Positions 1-11,900 of a stretch of 64,000 bases of DNA are shown here, piece after piece. Origin of the DNA: Hemiscyllium ocellatum (Eukaryota); assembly GCF_020745735.1 (NCBI RefSeq), contig NC_083409.1:16800303-16864302 (forward strand). Reading direction: 5' to 3'. The notes under the pieces are model-generated. The model was not told where the DNA came from. It saw only the letters and a list, made by a program, of their open reading frames with translations, and ran no database searches. Positions within the stretch are counted from its first letter, which is position 1. Each line of letters opens with the position of its first letter. The position numbers and the translations under genes were made by a program.

Positions 1-1440
1 ACAGAAAGGCAAAATGACACATTCTCTGGTCATACACCAGGAACAGGAGGGAGATCAGGAAAAATATTTTGATATAGAAATTGGAATTTAGCAAGTGCTG
101 GTAAACTGAGTCGTCCATTCTAAATGGGACAGAATTACTTCTTGAAATTTGAACAGGTCTGAAGCAAAAGAGCAAATTAGGATCAAATAGTCATTTGAGA
201 ATATTAAACTGGCCTGAAAAACGTCTGGCTTTTGGAAGCTTTTTGTTTTGACCTCTTCAGGACAATTTTGTTTTTTGAAACATTCAAATGAGGATCAGTT
301 TGGAGAGAAAGAATGAAGATGGAAATGTATTAAGTTAACAATGAAAATTGATCTAAATTCAGCAGAGACCAGGATAGCTTCACCTTGAACTTAATACAGG
401 AATTACCAGGTGAAATTTAATCACTGGAATGATTTAACTACCTTCCACCAGTTTGATTGTTTGAATTGTTCATCAGTTATTTGGATTACTCCTGGGATGG
501 GGAGGACAATGATATGTCTGCTGTTTATTGCCCTTCCCTATCTATCCTGGAGAGGGCGGTGGTGAGCCATGAGTTTCTCAAAGAGGATCTGACAGTGGGA
601 CTAGCTCATGTGCTGGGCCTGAGTACAGCTGTCCCTCAGGAGAATGAGCTGTGGCACAAGGGAAAACCTGGGAGTGGTGAAAAGGCACAGGCAGACCGGC
701 TAGGTTGCAGAGGGACAGAACCAGGTTTGACAAATGAGCTGAGGTCCTTCCGAGCTGAGTTGCAGACTCAGGCTTTCAGGGCCGCACAGCTTACACTGTT
801 ACTGACCATAGCTCCATGGTTGATGAGACCTGCCCCAGGAGAACATCCACAGAAAGCTGTCTCCTGTGTGTCTGATGTGTCTGTGTGTCTCTCAGACGTG
901 ACAGAGCAGGCAGCAAGAGATTCAGCAGCAACAAAGATGTTACTCTAGTAGCCCTCCCACTTTCACCCAGCGACTTACAAACTCCTTCCGGGGAAAGGGC
1001 TCAGCACCTGCTATCGCCTGCTTCAATCTGTCCTACACCCCACCTCAAGACAACTGATCCCACTGCCCCCTGCCCCTATCATCTGTTCACCATCTCTCTC
1101 CTGAAGGCACTATCTCTGGCTGGGAAACATCTCTAGCCTCCCCAGGTGGTCTCATTCCTCCAAGTGTGGGCTGGGATGGGGAAGCAAGGCAGGCTGTTGG
1201 ACCGGGAGGTTTCAGCCTGGTCCCAGTGGGGAGCACTCTCCCCTCCCACTCACAATGTAGCAGACTGGGTGGATGAGCCATTGGGAAATGCAGGTTGCAG
1301 GGATAGTGCATTGGTTTAGATCTGGGTGGGATGCTCTTCGGAGGATGGGTGTGAACTCATTGGAGTGAATGGCCTGTTCGACGTTGTACGGATTCCATCA
1401 TTACATGATTCTATCACTGAAGCAAATGATCCAGGCTGAG

Positions 1441-1890
1441 AGTGCAGTGCAACATTGTCAGAAGGTCAGTACTGAGGGACTGCCACACTGTCAGAGGGAC
1501 AGTACTGAGGGAGTGCCACACTGTCAGAGGGTCAGTACTGAGGGAGTGCCACACTGTCAGAGGGACAGTCCTGAGGGAGTGCCACACTATTGAAGGGTCA
1601 GTACTGAGAGAGTGTTGCACTAATGGTGGGTCAGTACTGAGGGAGTGCTGCACTGTCAGAGGGTGAGAGCTGAGGGAGGGTTGCACTGTCAGAGGGTGAG
1701 TACTGAGGGAGTGTTGCACTGTCAGAGGGTGAGTACTGAGAAAGTGCCACACTGTCAGAGGGTTCGTACTGAGGGAATGCCGCAATATCAGAAAGTCCAC
1801 ACTGTGGGAGTGCTGCACTGTCAGATAGTTCATGATGAAGGCATGATGCACTGCTGGTGTGTCAATACTGAGGGAGTGCAACACTGTCAG
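1441..1890 (+). repeat. 33-bp tandem array (about 13 units) inside a Deu-domain SINE-like element (about 1415-2000)
   Basis: Unit gtcagtactgagggagtgccacactgtcagagg. The downstream gtctgccctctcag...agatgccatg resembles the DeuSINE core; related minus-strand pieces occur at about 17020-17250 and 17980-18140. Confidence 0.75.
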
Positions 1891-2358
1891 ACGTTCAGTT
1901 CTCAGGGATGATCTTTCAGATGGGATATTCTGATGTCTGCCCTCTCAGAGGCCAGTAGAAGATGCCATGACTCTATTAGAAGAGCAGAGCAGATCCCCAT
2001 AAAATATACCTTTTAAAAAATACCTGGATGAGCGCCTGAAATATCCAAACATTCAATACCTTGGGCCCAGTTCTGGAAAGTGGATGGAGAGTAGATTTAG
2101 TTTTGCCTTGGTGGGACAGACATGATCAGATGAGGGACCTCTTCTACACTGTATGATTCTCTGATTCTGTGAAACCTCCGGCTGATGACCATGTTCTGTC
2201 CTCCCTCGTCTGATGAGTCAGTCTCTCCTCCATGTTGAACAGCACTTGGAGGAAGCTCTGAGGGTGGTGAAGGCACAGAATGTACTCTGGGTGGGGGGCT
2301 TCAATGTCCACAATAAAAGGGAATTTTAAAAAAAACATCGAGTTTGTTAGGTGTTGTG

Positions 2359-3008
2359 CACAGAGGAGACACAATTTTAAATAGAACAGGGCTGAGCTGA
2401 CAGGACAAAGGTCATTGTCAGCACTGAATTTCAACTCTCTTCCTTCTCAGGACTGGCCTCTGGAGACTCTGAGGTTCGGGGTTTCAGGCGGGTAACTGTG
2501 ACACGATAGACAGAGATTCACTCTGTACCCAACCAGTGCTGTTCCTGTCAGTGTGGAGACAGCTTTATTCTGTTTCTTATCCTGTCCCTGTTCTGGGTGT
2601 CTTTGTTGGGAACAGTACAGAAAGAGCTTTACTCTGTATCTAACCCTATTCTGTCCCTGTCCAGGAGACTGTTTGCTGGGGACAACGTTGACTTGTGATA
2701 ACAAGCATAACCTTTCAAAGGTATTGAAGACAGTCAGCTGCTTCAGTAAACCAGATCTCCATCCTGCTCAGCCGCCAGTTCCACCTCAGGGTCTTGTCAC
2801 TGTTTAAAGGGACAGGATTCTCATGTTAGTGGGAAAATCTCCACAAGTGTTTTCCTCAAGCTCCATTGTGGCTGTGAATTTGAGCAGCTTCCTCTGTCTG
2901 GGCTGTTAATTGCTGACTGTTTTCTGTCAATGTCAGTCCGGAAAGGGAAATAAAGATGAAGAAGATTCAGTCTCTGTCTTTGTCTCTGTTTCGTGTGTGC
3001 TTTGGAAA
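2359..3008 (+). pseudogene. Orphan, diverged copy of the light chain C-gene 3' UTR lacking the C exon
   Basis: Colinear homology to the reverse complement of 14388-13828 (e.g. gacaaaggtcattgtcagcactgaatttcaactctcttccttctcaggactg), with AATAAA at 2949-2954. A LINE fragment lies upstream rather than C coding sequence. Confidence 0.85.
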
Positions 3009-4399
3009 TGTCCCGAACTGAAGCCTAAGGTGTGTGAAGTGAAACCCTCCACCATTAGGGCACGGAAAACGGGATTGAAAATAGAGAGTCCAATGGGGTC
3101 CCGGGAGCAGGAGGGCCACACTACAGTTAGGGCCAGAAGGGGCACTTTCAGCAGGAACGCAAGGCCCTGAGAAAATTTTCCCCAATAACTGGAGAAGAGA
3201 AGAAAGGTATGGTGGAGTACGGAAAGATTGAAGAATGATGCTGAGAGTGAGCTGAACTCAGAGTGTAGATGGGGAAGTTCCAACCCAGAGTGGGGAGGGT
3301 ACCTTTCACTCCATAACCCCCATCCACCATGTTGGTGCTCTGAAGGGGCAGTACCCATCCTGAATACCTGTGCCTGATGGTGTACAGTGAATGGAGAAGA
3401 GCCTGTGTCCATATGTATGTGGGTGGGGAACAGGGAACATATTGAGTTTTTTATATGCATATATATATATATATATATACACACACACTCATACATCTCA
3501 CACACAGATGCATCCATCAAAACCACTGGGATCAGTCCCCTCCAGTGGAGAGTGAACTGAAGGGGTTCACGGGGGTCTCTGGGATGGGAGGGCGAACAAG
3601 AAGAGGGAGAATGGGCTCTCTGGCAGTGCATCTGAACATAATAGAGTGAGCTCACTCAGGGAGTGTTCAGAGCTGATTGCCTGATTGCTGAGGGACTGGC
3701 AGTGTGTCTTCACACAGTTGAGAAGGAGAACGTGTCCCTTCAGAATGACAGAACTCTGAGGAGTTGCTCCGAGGGATCCAGATGTTGATCCCTTCCCTGG
3801 AACAGCAGGTGAAAAACTGCTGCATTGCTCAGGTTCCTTGATGCCACACACCATCAAAGAGGCCTTGATGTCAAGGGCCGTCACTCTGCCCTCACCTCAC
3901 TCGCATGGTCAGGGAGAGCTCACTGACTCACATTTATCTGAATGAATTACACTTGTTACTGATCAGCCCATCTGACCCTCCAGCCCGTCTATATCCTCAT
4001 GTCATCTTGTACTGCTTCGGGACACCCCCATTTGGGAAGGTCAATAAATGGAAAGCACTAAAACTTTAATTCAGATACTGATAGAGGAATAGACATCTTT
4101 CGTTTGTAAATGGGATCAACATTTCTTTATTGAGTTAAAGTGACTCAGATTAAACACATCTGTAGTGAATGTATAAATCTACGACAATTCCCACACAGAG
4201 TGTTTGGATTGGAGGCTGAGTTGAAAGTATTGGTGACACATCAGGGAGGTGCAGAGATACCTGGAGACTTTGTTCCAGAAGGATGTTATAAGCCTCAGGA
4301 CCAGGCAGTCCCATTCCATATGTAGGAAGGGGCAGGAGGGTATGACAATGAGGAGGGCAGGTAAGGATTTGGAGAGCACTGTAGGACAGGAAAACCCTT

Positions 4400-5165
4400 C
4401 ACTTTTGCTGTAGTTGTGGGTATGCTCGCTGAACTGGGAAGTTGATTTGTAGACATTTTGTCCCCTGTCTCGGTGACATCTTCAGAGCTTTGGAGCTTCC
4501 TGTGAAGCGCTGTTGTGCTGTGTCTTCTGGAATTTATTTGGTTCCATTCTTGCTGTTTTCAGTTACTGGTTCCTGATGTTCGTTGCAGTGGTCAGTGTAC
4601 TGGGTCTAGGTCAATATGTTTATTGATGGAGCCCATGGATAAGTGTCATGCCTCTAGAAATTCTCTGGCTACCCTCTGTTGAGCTTGTCCTATGATCATA
4701 GTGTTGGCCCAATCGAATTTGTGGTCCTTGTCATCTGTGTGTATAGCTACTCAGGACAGCTGCTCATGGGGTTTAGTGGCTCGTTGGTGTTCATGGATGT
4801 GGATGGCTAGTTGTCTGGCTGTTTGTCCGAGGTGTTTCGTGCAAAACGTTGCATGGATTCTTGTAAATTACATCTGTCTTTCACACAGTGGGTATTGGGC
4901 CTTTTGTTCTCATGAGTTGTTGTCTGAGCGTGGCTGTCAGTTTCTGGGCAGTTTATGAGTGGTTGGAGAAGTCTAGCTGTCAGTTCTGTGATGTTTTTAT
5001 ATAAGGTAGCGTGGCTAGTGTGTTAGGTTGTGGCATGTCCTCATCGCGTTGTTTGTCTGTTAGGCATCTGTGGATGAAGTTGCAGGAATATCCGTTCTTT
5101 GCAAAGTCTTTGTAGAAATGTTCTTCTCTTTGCAGTTCGGGAGTGCTGCAGTGGGTTGTAGCCCT
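4400..5165 (-). mobile_element. Penelope-like element 3' fragment, different family
   Basis: Minus-strand translation gives LPYIKN...VIYKNPC...IHEHQ...FDWANTMIIGQA...REFLEAWH, the GIY-YIG region of PLEs. A degenerate hammerhead (CTGAAGA TGTCACC...GGGAC AAAATGTC) lies near 4445-4485. Confidence 0.8.
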
Positions 5166-8027
5166 TTAGAACAGGTTCCTAATGCAACTTCTCCTGTGTG
5201 TGGGGAGGGATCAGGCAGAGAGGAAGAGTCAGTGCAGCCATTGTGCAGCATCCATTGTCGAGTTGTTCCATTTCCAATCCCACTGCAATGTCATTGTTTG
5301 CCCTGACACCAAGCAGATGCTCCCATCACAAGAGGCTCCATGGCCCTGAGGACTGTGAGAGTGAGCCCTGTCCATTCAGCCCGATCATCAAGCTCCAGCC
5401 TTCCTGATGTGGTGGCAGCCAGGAGAACCCTGCCCATGGGAGATTCCACACACACTCCCTCCCTCCCTGCAGGGAAAGATGATTCCATGGCCCTGCTTTC
5501 TCTCCAAACTGATCCAAATTCAAGTGTTGCTGAAAAAAAAGAGACATTTTGTCAAAGCTTTTGTCTTGCACACAACAAGACATTTTGTAAGAAATAGCGC
5601 AGCAAAATAATGGAGATCCCAGCGGGTCAGGCAGCATCCATGGAGAGAAAGCAAGGCAAAATGAAATGTTTTCACACGAAGGATCTTGTCTCACTCAAGT
5701 ACTATATTCGCAAATGATTATTTGATCCTGATTTCCTCTTTTGCTTCAGGTCTGTTGAAATTCTAAAAAGTAATTCTGTCTTTTTTTGAATGGAGCACTC
5801 TGTTTATCATCATTCATCATTAAGTTCCAATAACTGCATCAAAACATTTTTCCTGATCTCTTTTCTGTACCTGGTATATGACTGGAGAATAAGTCATTTT
5901 GCCTTTCAGTTTGTCTGCACTGATGATAAATCTACAGTTACTGTCTTTATTTGTTTAAAAATTTGTGAACATCAGAATTCCCTCCCTCCACTTTCGAGAT
6001 CATGTTCTGGCCTTCACAGAATCACAGAATTGAGGAATTCCTGCTGGGTGGAAACAGGCCACACAGCCCACCAAGCTCGTACCGACCCTTGAAGACCATC
6101 CCACCTAGACCCACACCTCCCCTACCTTATCCCTGTAACCATGCATTTTCCATTTGCTATCCTGCACATCTCTTGTGACCCTTGATCCCCTGTCCATTAC
6201 CCATAATGTATTGTCCCTCAAAGCAGCCCCTAACTGTGCACCATTCTAGCCATGACCTAACCATTCTTCAGGACAGCTGCCATGGTCACTCTCCCCTCCA
6301 TCTCCTCACTCTCAATATTCAATCCAAAATCACATTGACCTTTATTTCTGATATTGTTTCCAATTTAAAGGAGATCTGTCACTCCACATCCTTTCTTGCG
6401 CGCTGCAGTGTTGTTTATAATATAAACGGCCCTTCAACTTTTATCATTCTCAGAGGAGTTGCAACTGAGAAAACCCCTTCCAGCTCTCAGTGGAGAAATT
6501 CAGTAATTCCCGTTTCCCTGCTCTATCCCAATAGCTTCCCTTTCTGTGTGACTGTGTTTCTGGTGTGTTCAACAATATCTGACACTTGCCTGCCGAATGC
6601 ACTTACACCCACTGATACCTGTTGAGGTCTCCCAGATAAATTGCTGCTCTTTGCAGTTTGGTGACCCACTTTGATAGCTGTGTGTTCGGTCTTTGAGTGT
6701 AATTCATTTTGTGTCTGATCCCAGTGTCAATCTGAAGGACACTCCACCTTTCAGTCTGACAAACCAGGTTCACCCACGTCATGGCTTATTTCCAGCCTAG
6801 GCTCAAGTATTCCAAAAAGATGAATTCAAGCCTCACCACTTTGATCATTTGAAGAGTATTTCATTTATTTTGATTTCTCCTGGGATGGGCGGGCACAAAA
6901 GTGGCTGCTATTTGTTGCCCTTTCCTAATTGTCCTGGAGAGGGCAGTAGTGAGCCATGTAATATCTGGGAAGGAAGGTGCTGGGATCTGAACAAAAAAAA
7001 ACCCCATGAAACTCAATGTCATGTTCATGAATGTAGTTTGGACAAGGGAACCCAGTTATCACCCGGTCTGTGGCTCCAGTCGCACACAGTGACGCGATTC
7101 ATTCTTAAAGTCCCCATAATCTGGCTCAGAACTCAGTACGAGTAACTAGAGATGGGCAATAAATTTGAGGTTTAATTTACAATAGTTTATCAGATAGTTC
7201 ATTTTTAAAAAAGAAAATATTTAAAATATTTAAATCAATGTTAACCTGAGTGTACAAGGCATAACTTCAAACTTTGCTGATGGTATGAAACTTGAATGTA
7301 TTACGGTTGATAAAGAAGATAGTGTCTAACTTCAAAAACGATGTAGATAAGTTAATGGAATGACCAGACGGCTGTAGAAACAATTTAATGGAAAGAGATG
7401 TCACTGATTCATTTTGGAAAGAAAACGTGGAGAGACAAAACAAACTAAAGGGTACAAGTATGGATGGGTGTAGGGGCAGTAGGACCTGGATGTTTATGTG
7501 CATCAGTCACTGAAGGTGGCAGGATAGGCTGCTGTTCTCATGAGAGAGCAGCTGATTAAAGCAGATTCCATATCAACATGAACATAGAATACAGCGTGGA
7601 TGTGAAAAGCATGTTTCCTTTTCGGGGAGAACATCAAATTAAAACAAGTTCCCTCATAGAAGACCGAGATAAGCAGTTTTTTTTTCTTTCATAAGGTCAT
7701 AGATCTTTGGAACTCTTCATCAAACATAGAAATGAAACCTCTGAATGCTTGTAGTGAAGAAGTAGATAGCCATTGTTTTCGAGAATCTATCAGAGTAAGG
7801 CAAGAATGTGGAATAATCAGGTCAGCCATGGGGAGCAGGCTCAAGAGGATGAATCTCCTTCCTCTGCCCCTAACTCATTTGATCGTGTGTCCAGTTCCAC
7901 CGTTGAAAGAACAGCGCCTTGAAAGCTTGTGGTTTTCAATAAAGCAGCTGAAGTGGCTGCTGGTTTGTGTGGGCGCGAATGGAAGGGGACTTTACCCATA
8001 ATCCTCAGCAGCCGTGCAAGCGCTCTC

Positions 8028-8046
8028 TCGCCACTAGAGGGCAGCT
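8028..8046 (+). promoter_or_regulatory. CTCF-like binding motif
   Basis: TCGCCACTAGAGGGCAGCT closely matches the vertebrate CTCF core CCAC[C/T]AG[A/G][G/T]GGC; it lies in non-repetitive sequence. Confidence 0.6.
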
Positions 8047-8854
8047 GCTTCACTGTCCCTGATCAGTAAAACGTAAAGTGGGACTCTGCTTGGAGCTGAC
8101 AGGCTCAATCTGCAGAGACCCATAGAGAGCCAGTGCAACTTTAGAAGTAGGGTACTGAGGGCACCACAATGAAAATGTCCCTTGTGATAAGAAAAGTACT
8201 TTGATGGGACTTTTGCTTGTCTTCACAGTGTGCTGTTTGTTCATTCTGTGAAACACGTAGATGGTGTCAGTACTGACTTCCTGCCCCACTGTCGATGTAA
8301 AGGCAAGTGGGAACTGTTGAGGTTAATCCCATCATGAACATCAGAACATTCTGCTCAGCTGGAACTACATCCACTGACTAATTTCTCTGGCCACCATCAC
8401 ATTAAAACCAAATCTCTCCCTTTGTCATCACAAAGAGAAAGTGCCCATCAGATTCCCTCGTGTGTTTAGCCCAATAGGAGCAGCACTGGTAGACCGTGCT
8501 GCATCAGCCTGGACAGAAACTTGGGCAAACTCCAAATGAAACTGTGATCTTCAATGGATCTGCTGCTACAGGAAATATGCAATTGGAATCCTTGTTGGAA
8601 TCTCTCACTATTTAAATAATAGTCAGCCTTTCGATTATTCCGAACAAAGTGCATGGTCTCACACTTTCTGATATTAAATTCCGTCCACTGTGTATGAGTG
8701 TTTCATTTTCAGTTTGGTCACCTCTTTGTGATCGACTGACTCAATGCATCTATCTATAGTGTGTCCCATTCCCATTTGATGATGGCCCTGACACTTGATT
8801 GTCCAGCCCTTTCCTGTTGGTTCCATTCAATGAAAGGCAGGCGGTTGGAGGAAC

Positions 8855-11600
8855 ACAGCAAGCCAGGCAGCATCAGGCGGTGAAGAAGTTGATGTTTTGG
8901 GTGTAACCCTTCTTCAGGAATGGCGGAGCTGCAGATAAAGGGGTGGCGGGGCCAGGGTGGAGAATGGGGATAGATGAAGACAGGCAGAGGACACGACCTG
9001 GTTCATCAATGGAAGGAATGAATCTGTTTGGTGGCAGAGAGGAATGGAAGAGATGGGAGGGGTTGGGGAGGGAGTCAGGGAATGGGAAGCGAGGGTGTTT
9101 GAAATTGGAGAACTCAGTGTTGAATCCTCTGGCCTGTAGACTGCCCAGGCGGAAGATGAGGTATTGTTCCTCCAATTTGCAATTTGGTTCATTGTGGTAA
9201 TGGAGGAGGCCAAAGATGGTCATGGTGGAAAGGGAGTGGGAAGGGGAATTAAAATGGGTGGTGACTGGGAGGTCTGGTCGACCCCTACAGGCCCAGCTGA
9301 GATGCACAGCCAACCACTGCCTAAGTTTATGTTTGGTCTTCCCGATGTAGAGAAGACCACATCGCAGGCACCTGATGCAGTAAACTAGGTTGGAGGAGAG
9401 GCAGGTGAATGTTTGTCTCACCTGGAAGGACTGTTTGGGGCCCTGGATGGAGGTGCTGGGGTTGGTGTACCAGCAGGCTTTGCATCATTTCCGTTTGCAG
9501 GGGAAGGTACCGAGGGGTTCAGGAGAGATGGTGGAGAGAGTGGTGCAAACCAAGAATTGTCAAAGGGAACAGTCCTTGTGGAAGGCAGACAGGGGTAGAG
9601 TGAGGAAGACATTCTTGGTGGTGGGGTTTGGGGTTGGCAGAAGAGGATGATGGGTTGGATACAGAAATTGGTTTGGGTGATAGGTGAGGACAATGGGCAC
9701 TCTGTCTTTATTCTCTTTGGAGGGGGGTGGGTTTAGAGCAATGGAACGGGAAATGGAGGTTGTGCAATGGATGACAAAGGGAGCAAAAGCATGTTGTTCG
9801 AAATAGGTGGACATCTGGAATACTTGGGAGTGGAATGTCTCCTCATCCGAGCAGATAGAGCAGAGGCGGAGGAATTGGAAGAATGGGATGGAGTTCTTGC
9901 AGGATACTGGGTGGGAGAATGTATATTCCGGGTAATAATGAGTTTGCAGTAAATGTCTATCTGAACACGGTCACTGGAGATGGGAATGGAGAGGTCAGTA
10001 AAGGGGAGGGAGGTGTCCGAGGTGGACCAAGTGAATTTGAGGGTAGGGTGGAAGTTGTGGGCGAAGACGATGAACTGCTCGAGTTCAGCCTGGGTGCAGG
10101 TCACTGCACCAATGCAGTCATCGATGTAATGGTAGCAGAGCTGGGGTACAGTGCCTGTGTAGGCACTGAAGAGGGACTGTTCAGCATAGACAATAAAGGG
10201 GCAGGGGGAGCTGGGGCCCATCCACATACTCATAGCCACCCCATGGATTTAGAGGAACTGGGATGAGTTAAAGGAAAAGTTGTTGAGGGTGAGGAGGAGA
10301 GGATGGAGTTGAGGTAGGATGAGAGGAGTTCGGTGGGGCAGGAGCATGTTGAGATGATGGGTCGGCCAGTGTAGTTGGGTTTGTGGATCTTGGGGAGCAG
10401 GTAGAACTGGGCAGTGCAGGGCTGGGGGACTATGAGATTGGAGACAGTGCAGGGGAGATCACTGGAGACAATGGGGGCACTGACAGTGTGAGTGATTTTG
10501 GCCTGATGGGTCACGGTGGGGTCATGGGCAAGGGGGAGGTAGAACGTGGTGTCAGAGAGTTGGGGTTCGGCCTCTGCGACATAGACGTCCGTTCCCCAGA
10601 CTACCGCCTTTGTCAGTGGGTTTGATGGTGAACCAGGGGTTGGTACGAAGAGAGTGGAGTGCTGCATGTTTGGAGGAGGGGTGATTGGAGAGGGTGAGGG
10701 GAGGTGGAGAAATTGAGGCGGCTGATGTCACATCAGTGGTCAGCAATGAAGAGCTCTAGGGTGTGTACACAGCTGGTGGTGGGGGGGGCGGTGACCAAGT
10801 GGAGGAGGAAGGTTGAAGGTGGGAGGAGGGGTCCTCAGAGGGAGGTTGGGAGTTTTTGTTAAAGAAGAAGACATGGAGGTAGAGGCGGCGGAAGAAGAGC
10901 TCCACGTCCTGGTGGGTGCGGGGTTTTTTGAGGTGGGGAACGAATGTGAGCCCTTTTCTCAGGATGGACCTTTTGGACTCAGAGAGTTCGAGGTCGTGGG
11001 GGGATAGGAAATAAGGGGCAAGGCTTGGGGTGGGGGACGAGGTTTTCAGGGGGCTCCGAGATGGCTGAAGGAGGGGAGGGGGAAAGGCTGATGGGAATGG
11101 GAGAGAATGGGTGTGGGAGAGAAAGGAGATTGGAGTGGAGGTGGGTTATGGAGTGAGGTGTGGGAGTGGGAAGGTGGGGATGAGGTGAAGATGGAGAAGT
11201 GGAAGGATAGGGTGCACTGTGGGGGTGGATGGGTGAGGAGGGAGAGCGAGTGTGCTGGCTGGCTGCAGGTAGGCAGTTGGACTCAGGGTGACTCTGGGAA
11301 ATGTAGTCTCAGTCTTGTTTGCAGAGTGGGAGGGGCCAGAAGTAGAGGCAGAGGTTGGAGCGAAGTCAAGGATGGTTTAGGTGTTTTGAGCAGAAAATAT
11401 GTTGCTGGAAAAGCGCAGCAGGTCAGGCAGCATCCAAGGAATAGGAGAATCGACGTTTCAGGCATAAGACCTTCTTCAGGAAAGCCCTGAAGAAGGGCTT
11501 ATGCCTGAAACGTCGATTCTCCTGTTCCTTGGATGCTGCCTGACCTGCTGCACTTTTCCAGCAACATATTTTCAGCTCTGATCTCCAGCATCTGCAGACC
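8855..11600 (-). mobile_element. Penelope-like retroelement, near full length, frameshifted
   Basis: RT fragments YLLPKIHKPNYTGRPIISTCSCPTE (10230-10667) and MGPS...YHYIDDCIG (9733-10239). GIY-YIG endonuclease VYCIRCLRCGLLYIGKTKHKLRQWLAVH (8873-9421). Hammerhead-bearing terminal repeats at both ends, inverted at the 5' end. Confidence 0.92.
11487..11514 (+). ncRNA. Minimal hammerhead ribozyme motif, core intact
   Basis: CTGAAGA-A-GGGC(TTAT)GCCT-GAAAC-GTC, with an inverted partner copy at 11445-11480. Confidence 0.65.
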
Positions 11601-11619
11601 TCACTTTCTCCTTGGGTGT

Positions 11620-11900
11620 TTTGACGCAGCTTCAATTCCAGCCTCAGGCAACTGTCTGTGTGGAGTTTGCACATTCTCCAACTGTCTGCGTAGGTTTCCT
11701 CTGGGTGCTCTGGTTTCATCCTACAATCTAAAGACGTGCAGGTTAGGTGAATTGGCCATGCTAAGTTGCCCATAGTGGTCAGGGATGTGTTGGTTAGGCT
11801 CATTCGTCAGGGGAAAAGCAGAGTAATAAGATAGGGGATTGGGTCTTGGGTAGGTTACTCTTCCAAATGGCCTGTTTCCTCACTGTAGGGATTTTATGAC
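11620..11900 (+). mobile_element. HE1-type (V-SINE) elasmobranch SINE
   Basis: ctgtctgtgtggagtttgcacattctcc central domain, gtgaattggccatgctaa and a CR1-like tail; recognised from memory of the family consensus. Confidence 0.8.

Noticed and set aside
457-948. 163-aa ORF as a host gene
   Set aside because: Starts inside a dispersed repeat also seen at about 6860-6960 and has no recognisable motif or exon structure.
1441-1890. Regular repeats resembling a CRISPR array
   Set aside because: Units are directly adjacent with no unique spacers, and the context is vertebrate.
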